From Octopus sinensis (lineage: Eukaryota), in assembly GCF_006345805.1 (NCBI RefSeq), contig NC_043000.1, forward strand, positions 78,058,001 through 78,122,000: 64,000 nt of DNA, given 5' to 3'. Position 1 is the stretch's first letter; each line of letters starts with the position of its first letter. Made by a program: the position numbers and the translations under genes. Positions 29,229-42,408 of this stretch are shown piece by piece. Under the pieces are notes generated by a model that was not told the DNA's origin, did no database searches, and worked only from the letters and a program-made list of their open reading frames with translations.

Positions 29229-30221
29229 CATTCGCGCTGACACACGCATATCCAAGTATATGGATATATACATACAACTAGATACACGCTCATACGCTCA
29301 TGTATGGAGGAATAAATACATATATATGCATAGGAACTCATATATGTAGGTAGACACACGTATATATACATCAATATACGTACATAGCATAGATTAAGAT
29401 GTGCACATATTCATACGTAAAGCAAAAATACAGACGTCTATGCAAATTATGACACACACACGTGTTAGTACATACGCCTATACATATAAGTTAATATATA
29501 CACGCATATACATACACATACACATGCACACATATATATATATATAAATATGTATGCATTTACACATATAAGCCTTCGTCCGCGTACATGTATACACAAA
29601 TTCACACTAATATATACATACACCTACAAAAAATGCAAATGCGCACAGATGAATATGTAGACATATATATATAAATCTATATATACGTACATATACACAC
29701 ACACACATACACGTACACATATATGCATATATTCACACATACACACACATACATATACATATATATATATGCATACATATACAGATATATATATAATAAT
29801 ATGAATAATATATAAATATAAGCATATGTACATACATATATGTACATACCTACATATATATGTATATATACATGCATATATGGGTACAGGACATAAAAAA
29901 ACGTAGACACAATGAGAAACGATAACATAAAAAACAAAAATATAGAAAACGAAATTTTTTTCGAACAACGAAGAAACAGAGAACTGAGACTTGCAACATA
30001 AAGAAAATTCCCTTTATCAATTGTCCCTTTTTCGTCTACTCCGCTTTACGAAGGTAAGGACAATACGCGACTTAGTTGAAACAATCTTTCCCGCAAAGCA
30101 AATTACATAAAATTTGGGATTTTTTTGCGGAGGATCAAAGTGGTAACAAAAACAGGACAGTGAGAACAAGACAGTAAAAACAAATGGTGAGGGCTATTAA
30201 GTCAAGACGATGTGAAAAATT

Positions 30222-30418
30222 ATGAACGCTAGAAAGACGAGTTATGAGAAGAGAGAGGTAAAAACACGTCTTGTCTTTACGAAGGAAATGGAAGAAAGAA
30301 AGATACATATATGGATCTAGATTGCAAGATAATATGTCAAATACAAGTTATTCAAATATGGTTCCTCAAGTTCATGTGTATTAAGAGTTGTGGGCGCCAT
30401 GTATATATCAAGTTATGT

Positions 30419-30462
<44 letters not shown>

Positions 30463-32262
30463 CCCGCAAGTGAGAGATTCTCCGTATATAAGACACTTAT
30501 TAGTGCTAAAAAGATTCAAACTTTCACTCCGAAGTCTTTACAGGGGATCGATTCCACAGGGTAAAGAGTCGCTACAAGAGGGATGAAGTTGAGCGGATGT
30601 AGAGGCAATTATGCGGATAAGCAAATTAGCTATATTAAATTGAATATAATAGTTTGGGCATGAAACACAAAATATGTATATATGTATATATGAAAAACAA
30701 GAGGAAGCAAGACAGAGACTTTCGGATGATGAGTATTTAAGTACAACTATTACTCTTTTATCTTTTACATGTTTCAGTTATTTGACTGTGGCCATGCTGG
30801 AGCACCGCCTTTAGTTGAGCAAATCGACCCCAAGACTTATTCTTTGTAAGCCTAGTACTTATTCTATCGGTCTCTTTACCGAATCGCTAAGTTGCGGGGA
30901 CCTAAACACACCAACATCGGTTGTCAAGCGAATTTAGAGGACAAACACAGACACAAAAACATATACAGATATACATGCATATATATACATATATACGACG
31001 GGCTTCTTTCAGTTTCCGTCTACAAAATCCACTCACAAGGCTTTGGTCAGCCCGAGGCTATATTAGAAGACACTCGCCCAAAGTGCCACGCAGTGGGTTG
31101 AATCCGGAACCATGTCGTTTGTAAGCAAGCTACTTACCACACAGCCTCTTCTACGCCTTCATGGCGTCCACAACTCTTAATACACATGAACTAGAGGAAC
31201 CATATTTGAATAACTTGTATTTGACATATTATCTTGCAATCTAGATCCATAATTATCTTTCTTTCTTCCACTTCCTTCGTAAAGGGAAGACGTGCTTTTA
31301 CCTCTCTCTTCTCATAGGTCATCTTTCTAGCATTCATATCCAACTTACACAGATTACAAACGACAGAGAAATTTGAAGGTGTAGAAGAAAGGTGTTATAA
31401 GTTTAACAGCTGTTTCTCAGTGCTTGGAAATTCATGATAATGTTACAGATGTAGTTCATCTCAATATGCGGTCGTAATGGATGCAATCAACATAGGATTA
31501 ATGAGTCTATTAAGGGATGTGGTAGTAGAGGTGGAGAGTTGGGAGATGAATAGGATAGATAGTAATTGAACTGTAATCAGTTTTGTTTGGTTTGTGTATA
31601 GGTGTCGAAGTTTAGGTAAAATAGCTATAGAATTATTGGAAGTTCAGATAGTGAGAAAGGAAATGGCAAATTTTGGAGGGAATAAAAGTGTGTAATTCAG
31701 TGACAGAGGGCAATTACTAAAGCATGTAGAAAAGTATGAGAGAAGATAGAGGGAGGTAGACAAAATGGGGGTGGGAGTTGGTGGTAAAGATAGCAGTGGC
31801 TAGTACTGTAATGAATGTGGGTTGGTATTGGAGGTGGGTAGTAAGGTATGCAGAAGTGTATGAAATTGAATAGAGAGGGAGGAAGCAGTAGATAGGTTAG
31901 TATCTAATTGAGTGGGGTAGATTTAGGTGCTATCGTCTCTCGGGAGATAGCACCTAAATGTATGATCTCTACCCTGATGACGTAAGCTCGTCTTATCCTA
32001 TGTTGATTGCATCCATTATGCCCGCATATGGAGATGAACTACATTTATCAACATTATCATGGATCTTCAACCCCCTAGAACAAGCTGTTGGACTTATAAC
32101 ACCTTTCTTCTACCCCTTTAATTTTCTCTGTCGTTTTTGTAAGTTGGATCTATTAATATGAATATCATCGACTGAAAGTCTTCGTCTTTTGCTTTCTCTC
32201 GTTTTTCGTGTATACATATACACATATTTCACGCTTCATTCCCAAACTATTATATTCAATTT
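30222..32262. repeat. Cluster of three diverged inverted-repeat pairs
   Basis: 30222-30401/31160-31337; 30637-30731/32164-32262; 31339-31498/31995-32148. Confidence 0.8.
30751..31157 (-). mobile_element. Full-length SINE family A
   Basis: Reverse complement of 14257-14630, from head to tail. Confidence 0.85.
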
Positions 32263-32280
32263 GACATACAATGACATACA

Positions 32281-32325
<45 letters not shown>

Positions 32326-34554
32326 ATGTGTGTGTGCATAAATATGCATACATATTTGTGTGTTGGTGTGTAGGTGTGTTTAAACGTATTACGTCCATAA
32401 AAAGTTAGCCCCGGATGAATATTGCAGTTAATGTACCATTTTGCGATGTAGTTACATTAAGTATAATACACAGATGTATATTTTAATCTAATATTACTTC
32501 TGTAGCACCCAACAGACTTTTATTCAGCCGGGTGACTTATTGCAACACTAATGATTTTTGAATCAGCTTTCCTATATCAGCGACGACAAATTTTGGCTAG
32601 GCATACAGTTGCCAGTGGGTATAAGCTACAAGCAAAACCCAACGAGGCAGATATACTCATCTAGCATCTTCGCCACCACTACTAGACGATTTTATACTTC
32701 TGTTTTAAACTCAGTACGCTCATGAGAGATATTTTTGCGATGTATCTGCATTAAATAAGACATACAGATGTGCGTGTTTGTGTGTGTGTGTAGGAATAAC
32801 TAACAGGACCCCTTTGTGCACCTGTAGCCTTTAACATTTTAAATATTTTTCATATTGAATTTCGCTTGATTGCATTGAGCTCTTTTAATAGTGTGTGGTC
32901 AATCTTCTTCATAGAGAAGTATTAACTAAAATTGTTTGTAGAGTGAGCATGTGTATAATACGTGTGAGTGTGTGTGTGAGCGAGTGTGCGTGCGCTAATG
33001 TGTGTGTGTGAGTGTATGTGTATGCGTGTGTTGATGGATGGATTAACGGATGGATGAACGAATGGATATATGTATGTATATAAGATTATGTGTTTGCTTG
33101 CATATTTTTCAGTGATTAATATTGGCGAAAGATATAAAATTGGAAAGAAAACCGATAAACCGGTGTTTGAAAACGATAGATCTTGAGGGATATTGATATT
33201 TGCTTTATACGAGTTACTGACATTCTTTGCCGCTCTACCCGCCAAAAATACATTCACTCTGTAATTCACTCGTTGGATGCCGTGTTTATCATTGCTTCCA
33301 CTGTATCTTTGCATTATAAAAAATAGAAGCATTAACATAACCACTACTACTAGCAGCAGCATCTCTAAACCAACACCACCACCAACATGACCTACCCATA
33401 CTGCAGTTAACAATGTCCCATATTTTATCACAGTAGTTAAGAAGGTAAAAGCACAAAGCATCCATTTTGTTTACTTTCATAATTAGGTTTCAGTGAAAAC
33501 AACTTGGTGGTGGTGGTCTTTGTTTTTTGCTATTTCATCTTTGCAATATAGCTGCCTCAATAGAATATTAAGAGTTGTGTAGTTTGTCATTAACACTTCT
33601 TGTAACGTGGTGATTCTGTCTCAAATATTTTTGTGTAAAGCCTCATAGAAACCTCTAATGTTTAATCGATAACACACTAAACTACAGAAAAAGAAAAGAT
33701 CTGTGGCGGAGCATTTAGATTTTGTTCTTGCTGTTGTTACTATTAATGAATAAAAACCACAGTGTATGAGGGATGGTGTGTCAGTGTGTATGTTCATGTG
33801 AGTGTGTGTGTGTGTATGTGTGTGTAAATGTGTGTGCGTGTATGTGTGTGTGTGTGTTTATTTACATGTGTGATGTTAAATAATGATGATACACATCGTG
33901 GTGCTTGTGTTGCAAAGGCCACATATTTGGGTTACTACTTCAAACATCAGTTTGAAATTTATAGAAAAGCAAACATCAGTAATTTATTGTCTATAATCCC
34001 TCCACTTTAACTTTCACAAACTTTCTTAATATGCAACACCAGCTGCAGCATCAGAAGCAGCAGAGCCAGCTGTCGTGTCTTTGTAAGGATTTTTGTTTCT
34101 TTATTCGTCTGTCAATGGTTTCAGTTTTTCCAGTGAAAAAAACTTACCGGCTTTGACATCGAAAATGGGAACAGTCCATTATTTGAAGGAATTTAAAGGA
34201 TCATAGAACAACCTTTTCTAATTGGATATAAATATCAATAGTAGAGGATTTATTTGACTATATCTTTAAATAATTAAAAACTGGGAGAGAGAGAGAGGGG
34301 GAGGACATTCAGCGTTTTATCATTTATTTCACATTTTTTGTTACTGCTGACCAACGTTTTTTCGTTTATTGTCAATCTTTTCCAATCTGGGTGAAAGATG
34401 CTTGGTGAAAATAGGGTGGCGATGTGAACACTCTTTTTATAACCCATTCCCCACTAAGAATTAGTTGCCCCAAATATCAAACATAATGAACAGAAACACT
34501 ACAAATAATGACTTCAAATTTTGGCACAAAGCCTGTAGTTTTGAGGTGGGAGCT

Positions 34555-35130
34555 GAAGTCGATTACATCGACCCCAGTGTTCAACTGGTACTTATTTCAT
34601 CAACCCTGAAAGGATAAAAGACAAAGTCGACTCCGGTGGCATTCGAATTCAGAACATAACGACGGACGAAGTACCGCTAAGTATTTTACTCGACGTCCCA
34701 ACAATTCTGCGAGCTCGCCGCCTTACACTATACAAATAATCCTTTCTACTAAAGGTAGCAGGCCTAAAATTTGGCGGGAAGGGACTAATTGATTATATCG
34801 ACCCCAGTGTTTCACTGGTACTTATTTTATCGACTCCGAAAGGATGAAAAGCGAAGTTGACCTCGGCGGTTTTTGAACTCGTAACATAGCAACAGGCGAA
34901 ATATCTATTTCTTTAGTACCCACAAGGGGCTAAACACAGAGAGGACAAACAAGGACAGACAAACGGATTAAGTCGATTATATCAACCCCAGTGCGTAACT
35001 GGTACTTATTTAATCGGCCCCGAAAGGATGAAAGGTATAGTCGACCTCGGTGGAATTTGATCTCAGAACGTAGCGATGGGCGAAATACCGCTAGGCACTT
35101 CGTCCAGCGTGCTAACGATTCTGCCAGCTA
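34555..35130. mobile_element. Three adjacent copies of a SINE core segment
   Basis: gattacatcgaccccagtg...ctggtacttattt.atcga.ccc.aaaggatgaaagg.aaagtcgacctcgg at ~34560, ~34790 and ~34975. Also at ~36560 (opposite strand) and ~56968. Confidence 0.75.
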
Positions 35131-35255
35131 TATAATGAACTCTATTATCTATCGACCCAACTTACAAATTATTCATATTTCAAAAGTAATTGAGAACACC
35201 AATTAACGATATTCCCCCAAACCTTTATTTTTATCTTCTCTCTCTCTCTCTTTCT

Positions 35256-35289
<34 letters not shown>

Positions 35290-35385
35290 CCCTTGAATGA
35301 ATGAATGAATGAATGAATGAATGAATGAATGAATTGAATGAATGACCACCGTACCTACTAGATATCTATTCTGCTTCGGCTACAC

Positions 35386-35590
35386 CTATTGGCTCACTAG
35401 AATTCTCTTCTTTTTTTTCTTCATCAAAACGTTCTGGAAGATTAGCTGTTGTCTTTCGTCAGTGGAGAATTTGTCTACATACGGGATTCCCCGGTGTACG
35501 GACACTTTGCGACACCGCGGTATATCAACTTTATTGTATGTATCCTCAGTCAAATCAAATCCCATCAGACCGATGAATTCTAACAAGAGA
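35386..35590 (-). CDS. Possible terminal coding exon of an unidentified host gene
   Basis: Non-repetitive open frame LLEFIGLMGFDLTEDTYNKVDIPRCRK...KKKKKRILVSQ*, preceded by an acceptor-like tttgctaatttcag. No homology recognised. Confidence 0.2.
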
Positions 35591-36039
35591 CTGAAATTAG
35601 CAAACAAATTAGTCTATTGCTCGTCGTCAGTTCAGGGTAGCCAGTAAAAATTAATTATTATTACCAGTGACCCAGCACAAAAGACGAATTAGTCATGAGT
35701 TTATCCCCTTTCTGTGTATCTAGCACTCGCTTCTTTATTTGGAAGCCTTTTAATGTATTTATATATAAATAACGTATAGTCTTTCAGGCGCAGGAGTGGC
35801 TGTGTGGTAAGTAGCTTGTTTACCAACCACATGGTTCCGGGTTCAGTCCCACTGCGTGGCACCTTGGGCAAGTGTCTTCTACTATAAACATTATGTGCCT
35901 GGATAGATAGATAGAAACACATACATAGATATATGTAAATGTGTGTTAATAAAGCCACTCACGTATACACAAGTGCGTACATGCTTTGGCACACACGTAC
36001 GAATACAAATACACATTCAACACATATATGTGAACAGTA

Positions 36040-36092
<53 letters not shown>

Positions 36093-38165
36093 ATATAATA
36101 TATATATATATATACATACACATACACACGCATTCGCATACACACATTCACGCATACATTCTTGGTAGTTTTACTGATGTCGCTACCAGACAGTGTCACT
36201 AAGTTGGAAGAAAGGTGTAAAGTTAAAAGGCCTTAAATACGAGATGTGTGCGAGATTTCAAAGATTTAAAGATAAAATGAAAATGGTGTTATTATACGAG
36301 TTCGTTATACGAGATAGAGTCTTTCAATATCACTGCTTTTATGAAAGTTTTGCGGATTTTAAATGCCTATGAAACAGATTTGCTCTATAGACAAGAAAAG
36401 GATCCTAAATGTAGATATCAATAATATTAGCACATATTCCTTGTGGGATATTGTCTTACTAAAAGAGGGAAACTGATTGACATATCTCTTTTAGTTTGGC
36501 ATAATATTCTTTCGTTACACTTTGTTCACACACTTTTGTATGATATAAGACCTGCGTCCGCCGAGGTCAACTTTGCCTTTCAACCTTTCAGGATCGATAA
36601 ATTAAGTACCAGTTGCGTACTGGGGTCGATCTAATTGACTGGCCTCTTCCCCCAAAATTCGGGCCTTTTGCCTGGAGTAGAAAAGAATATTGCAAATGTT
36701 TCTCGTTTTCATCTTTAGATTTATACTAGATCTTAACATCTAGTATATTGTCCACAAAGAAATAACGGAGTACATTAGTGCTTCAAACTGTTGTAGAGGC
36801 TAAATTTTTGTCAAAGAAATGGCGATGGATCTAATGCCCTTTGAAATATTCATAAAATTAAAGACAAACATGCCACTTTGTGTTGCAAGTTTTAGGATTG
36901 TTGATCCTTTGTGATCCTTTGTGATCCTTTCAAAGCACAAGTATTTTGGCGACAGCAATGTCTGCAGCAACCATTGGTGGTAAATCGAATAGAATTCCCT
37001 TTCATTTCAGTGGTGTTTTCTTACTTCAGACATTTCTGTTTTATTTATCAAAAGTTGTTCGGCACATCCCTACATTCTCCTTCTTTCCACCGACCTGTTC
37101 ATTGGTTACTGTATTATCAGAGTTGCAATGACCTTGGTGGAATTATTTAAGACAGATTGTATAACGTTAGGCAAGCAATGAGCTATTGTTTTCTTCCAAG
37201 TCAATGCTTTCTTTCTTGCTTACAAAATGTTTTCATTCCATGGTAACCCAATTAGATATGCTGGTGTGACCTTCCACAATTCTTTGAAAATATATATATG
37301 AGTGACTTTCTATAGAACATCAAAAAAAAAAAAATCTTGTATAAGTATCCAATTATTTTGGCTTATTCCCGGAACCTTCCTATTCTGAAATTTTCCACAG
37401 TACTAATAAAAGTTTTAATATTGACGTTAGTGTAGTAATCATTCTTTCTTGGTGGTATCCATTCTTATTTAAATCCCTTTTACTTCTAGATTTTACACCA
37501 AAAGATCTAGCAAGAGGCATTTTTTTCGGATTCTGTTTTTCTTCATCATACTTGTGGTTTAGAAGTATGGTTAATGCTGGCTCATTATAATATAATTTTT
37601 ATTTTAACGGAGGCTTTCATTTGGCGTCCTGTGTTCGTGTATGAAGTAAATTTAAGTTTTGATGTAAACACCAAAACCAAGTAAATTAAAACAATTTAAA
37701 TTAAATAGCTCGCAGATTTTATAGTACTGTTGGTATGGTAGTATTGTTCATGTTGTTATTGTCAATGTCAACCATGATTATATGTGAGAAGTCCTACGTG
37801 AAGAAAAGTATTTTATTTAAGTAATCCTGTCTGGACATAGTTAAGCTGTTGAATTTATTTTCATTAATTGCAATAGGGAGGGGGAAATCAGTTTTTGATT
37901 TAGGCTGAGTTAGTTCGCCTAATTATAGATGGACCTTTACACCTGCACGTCTGTTGTGGACGGTGCCATGTATGCATGTATGTATGTGTGTATGCATGTG
38001 TGTATGTATGTGAGTATGCATGCATCTGAGGTTGTATTATGTATATGTATGTATGTATACACGTATGTATATCTATATATGTGTGCAAATTTAAATCTGT
38101 ATGTATATGCATATATGGATGCATGTATGCATACATGCAAGAACGTGTGTATATATATATGTATA

Positions 38166-38197
<32 letters not shown>

Positions 38198-38379
38198 AGT
38201 ATGTATGTATGTATGTATTATGTATGTATGTACGTGTATGTATGCATGTATGTATTATGTATTTTTTAGGTTATATAAGGTTTTCTAAAGAGAGTTCAAG
38301 CCGGTTACTTAGAAAGCAATAAGACTTTTTGAGTTAAGAGAATTCCAAATGCTTGTATATATGTGCTTCAGTCAGTGTG

Positions 38380-38700
38380 TCGGTGTGTCCACGGAGAATC
38401 CTTGGAATATCTTACAAATTTTCACTGTGCTGCTAATAAAATGGATTTCGAGAATCCACGTTGGTTTATTTTGCTCTTTCTTTGAAAAGCCTAGTATTTC
38501 TAGGTGTTTGTGTACATTTGCAGGTACTAATGACTTGTAGAGACACGGTATTTCATTATACAACCATAATGTACTTTGATCTCATTGTTTGTTTACATCT
38601 GGCGCCTCAGATACGAAATGTAGCAAAAATCAGTGATGTCTATAATTTCTATGGAAAATTTGTAGAGATGTCCTTAATATGTGATTTGTAGGTACATCGA
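38380..38700 (-). mobile_element. R4/Dong-type 3' fragment
   Basis: HLEILGFSKKE...STVKICKIF matches the C-terminal tail of the 12170-13990 element. Confidence 0.65.
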
Positions 38701-38747
38701 ATAATGTATCTATGACGTTATGTACAAATGGGAATTTATAGTCAGGG

Positions 38748-38872
38748 CATGTATGTATGTATGTATGTATGTATGTATGTATGTATGTATGTATGTATGT
38801 ATGTATGTATGTATGTATGTATGTATGTATGTATGTATGTATGTATGTATGTATGTATGTATGTATGTATGT
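38748..38872. repeat. (ATGT)n microsatellite
   Basis: Direct reading. Confidence 0.95.
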
Positions 38873-39213
38873 GTGTGTGTATGTTCTCTTTCTCTTTTTA
38901 ATTTTAGAGTATATCTTGACTGGCTACCTACTTGATAGCAAAGTTATGAAGAAAACTATCTTGTTTTAACGTCATTCTTTAAGTATGCAAAGTTTTATAG
39001 TCCCAGACATCGTGATCATTTGTAGTATGTATGTATGTATGTATGTATGTATGTATGTATGTATGTATGTATGTATGTATGTATGTATGTATACAAATTC
39101 CGAGTGTGAGAGACATGAGTTTACTGTGAGATGTAATCAGTTAAGATTTACAATGTTCTGTTAAACAGGCGGCTGTTGTTGTTGTTGTTGTTGTTTTTAT
39201 TGTTGTTGTTTTT

Positions 39214-39246
<33 letters not shown>

Positions 39247-39249
39247 AAC

Positions 39250-40565
39250 AAAATATGCGCTGGAAGAGGTGGTGGAAAAAAGAAAGACAAAGCCTGACCG
39301 TCGTGCCTTGCCCCGATTCGTGGTTAAGCAAGTTGGAACGACTCCTTTTCCGCTTTTTGTGGAGGGGAGGAAAGCTACTTGTGAGACGTATGTTGCCAGG
39401 AACCGCTAAAGGGTGGGCTGGGGATGCCTTGGCTAATGATGCACAGGCATGCGTTGAAGCTGAGACATCTCTGGTGTCACTGGAGGGTGATAAGGTGTGG
39501 AATCCGCTGGCAGAGGAATTCTTCCCGCGACCGGCCTCTATGGAGAGATTTAAACCCAGTTTCATTAAAAGACGTAACCTGACTTTATGGCAGAAGGAGT
39601 GCCGACAGGCACTCTGACTGACCCACAATGTGGGCAAGGCCGGCAGCGGGAATACCACCTCGGTGTTCTATAGAGGGCTGGTAGAGGCAAAAAATGACGA
39701 TGTCCTAGGAGAGGCTCTGGGGTTCGATGAGAATCAACTCTCCAACCTGTTTAAGAAGACTTTCAGGCCGGGGTATTTGGACAATTACCAAAAATCCCTG
39801 ACCTGGCAGTGCTATAGGAATGCATTACCTGTTCGCGAGAAGTTATCCAGGCACGGAATGTCAGTGCCACCGACGTGTCCAAGATGTGGGTCGGACGATG
39901 AAACCGTTCAACACGCTTTTGTACAATGTCGGGAGCTGTCAAGGTTGATAAGTTACGTTGAACACGTTGTCGCATCTGGGACGAGTACAGCTGTCGGCTG
40001 GATTTATGATAAAGATGATACCACCAACTGGACTCTCAAAGGAAGGTAAGGCTTGTTTTTACTGGACGGTGGCAGTACTGAAAGAGTGTGTGTGGAGAAC
40101 CAGAATGGAAGGTTTAGTGACAGGGTCCTTTTTCTCTGGCCTCGGTTTGTTAAAATACTTCAGATATCATCTGAAGAGCAAGGTGGGGTTGGAGAAGGGG
40201 AGCCTGCCACAGAAAGAGTATGTGAAACGTTGGAAGGATGTGATGAGAAAGGTGGGTGTTAGTAACCCAGCTTAATCATCGAAGAAAGGAAAAATTAGTT
40301 GCTGGGCCTTATAGGCTGCCGGGTTCAAAATTCGAAATCGGCACTTCCCCCTTTTCCTTTTAACATATGTTATAATTTCTAATGTTAATTTTTTTAAAAA
40401 AAAGTGCACTAAAGTTCTCGTTATAAAGGCAAAAGTAAGCCAAGTTTTCGTTTATGTTACATTATAACTAGATTTTAAGTTTCATTCGAACTCTCATAAC
40501 ATTCTTTGTAATTGTTTGTCTTGTTATGCCCAATTCTATGTAAAATCGCATGATTTTAATAAAGA
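39250..40565 (+). mobile_element. L1/Tx1-clade LINE 3' fragment (post-RT region + CCHC + 3'UTR)
   Basis: LTVVPCPDSWLSKLERLLFRFLW, SLTWQCYRNALPVREKL, CPRCGSDDETVQHAFVQC. AATAAA at ~40558. Homologous to, but diverged from, 4220-5080. Confidence 0.9.
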
Positions 40566-40574
40566 TTTCATCTT

Positions 40575-40655
40575 CAGCTAGCAGGCCTCTGCTACTCTAG
40601 ACTGATGATGGGCAAGACCCAGAAACATGCATGTCTCTAGATGCAGGCCTAGCTG
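40575..40655 (+). ncRNA. Canonical type I hammerhead ribozyme with extended stem I
   Basis: UCUAGA-CUGAUGA(40602-40608)-UGGG(caaga)CCCA-GAAA-CAUGCAUG-UC-UCUAGA; cleavage triplet GUC at 40633-40635. Outer stem cagcuag..ggccu..cugc/gcaggccuagcug. Confidence 0.9.
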
Positions 40656-40845
40656 TTGGGGTGTTTGTCTCCCCTTAGTAAATACATAAGGGCACGGGAA
40701 ATGTGTCAAGGCCGACAGGAAGCGTCGATGCTTCCTAGGGCTAAACAGCGGTGCTGTAATCACCTTACAGGACTGTCACGTTAAGTTGACAGTATACAAC
40801 CACTCTATCGCTCCACCACCGTACATATCTCTATGAGATATTGAG

Positions 40846-40882
<37 letters not shown>

Positions 40883-42198
40883 TCTCACAATTCCTACGAC
40901 CCTTAATAGAGTTATCCACAGATGTATGAGATAGTATTGAAGAACTCCTTAGGAGGATCCGTGAATGCAACAACACATGTGACCACATCGTAGGTAGCAT
41001 GGATGTGGTATCACTATATCCTTCCATTGATGTAGACTTTGCTATCGAAACATGTATAGTGTTAATTTGTGAGAGTAATATGATATTTAAAAATGTGGCG
41101 GTATATGAACTAGGTCTCTTCCTGACTCCGACTTGTACCGGCGAATATCTGTCACGCAATAACATGGTATATGCTTTTAACAAACGAGTTAGACCACCTA
41201 CCATTATCTCAGCATACAAGAAGACTCACTGTGAAAGCTATCATGGCTTCAGATATACACGACATCAGAACTACTGTCGCACACGTTATTGGAGTCTGCC
41301 TTAGAACTACTCTTAAAACTCATATTTTTAAGTTTAACAATAAACTATATAAACAGATGAAAGGCGGTGCTATTAATGTAGGGATCGCCGGTAATGTTGC
41401 TAACCTCTTCATGGTATGGTGGGACAGACATTTTAAACAGTACCTCGCGGCCCGTAATATCCACTTAGCTATGTATCCTCGATACATTGACGACATTAAC
41501 CTTGTCGTGAAAAGTAGTAGTAATACACATATAAACACTCTACTAAATGAAGAACAGGTGATGACAACTATACAACATGTAGCTGATTCTATCCATAGCA
41601 GTATAAATGTTACAGTAGACTACCTTTCTAAACACCCCAAAAATAGATTACCTGTCCTAGATACTGAGCTGTGGATAGAAAATACTATGATTAACGGAGC
41701 TGTTAAACCCTGTTTACTCCACTCACACTATTGTAAACCTATGGCTAATCCCTGGTAAGCCGTAGTGACTCGGCGATGTCAAGTACTACCAAAATCAACA
41801 TCCTCGTGGCAGACTTAGAGTAATGAGGAATGTATCCCCACTATGCCAGCCACAAGAACGGCAACAACATATCCAGCACTACAAATTCCGAATGCAACGT
41901 TCCGGATACACACAGTACGATTAATCAGAGTGTACAAAGGAGCGAAAACAAGATTCGAACGAAAACGGCATATACCACAACAAGTTCTGGAATAGGCTGG
42001 AGAGGGATACCAACAAAAGAAATAAAAATGATACTTGGTATGATAACAAGAAGTTTCGCAGTGTAATATTTGTTGACGCTACACTTAGGAACGAATTAAG
42101 TAGGGCATACAGTTCTATATTTAAGAGATTAGGAATTATGGACATTATTTACATTATTTACATTTGACAGATATTTGACCCCATCTTGTTTGTAGTTA

Positions 42199-42242
42199 AC
42201 ACAACGTTTCAGCTGATATACCCTCCAGCCTTCATTAGGTAT
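42199..42242 (-). ncRNA. Minimal hammerhead motif, degenerate (CUAAUGA)
   Basis: AUAC-CUAAUGA-aGGCUG...CAGCU-GAAA-CG-UU-GUGU. Palindromic AACGUU. G5 is mutated. Confidence 0.6.
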
Positions 42243-42335
42243 CCTGGGAAAATTTCGAACCTGGGTTCTCATTCCTAAAGTATTTTTCGATATTGTTGTT
42301 GTTGTTATTACTATTATTATTATTATTATTATTCA

Positions 42336-42408
42336 GGTCACTGCCTGGAATCGAACTGGGAATCTTGGGGTTAGTAGCCCGCGCTCTTAACCACTACGCC
42401 ATATGACC
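42336..42408 (-). other. 73-nt degenerate tRNA-like (Pol III A/B box) sequence in the PLE 3' region
   Basis: GGTCATA-TGGCGTAGTGG (A box)...CTACTAA loop...GTTCGATTCC (B box)...TGACC. Anticodon and T stems pair poorly, so it is not a functional tRNA. Confidence 0.7.

Noticed and set aside
30505-30550. HHR-like ccCTGTAAAGActtcggagtGAAAgttt (minus strand)
   Set aside because: Core has insertions and no stem I pairing was found.
32922-33461. 179-aa minus-strand ORF with hydrophobic stretch
   Set aside because: Built largely from triplet and dinucleotide low-complexity DNA, with no recognisable domain or splice context.
36900-37800. Possible degraded DNA transposase
   Set aside because: Fragmentary frames with no motif I could identify reliably.
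42336-42408. tRNA-Ser(ACT) gene
   Set aside because: Anticodon and T stems pair poorly and it is embedded in a PLE. Treated as a tRNA-derived head.
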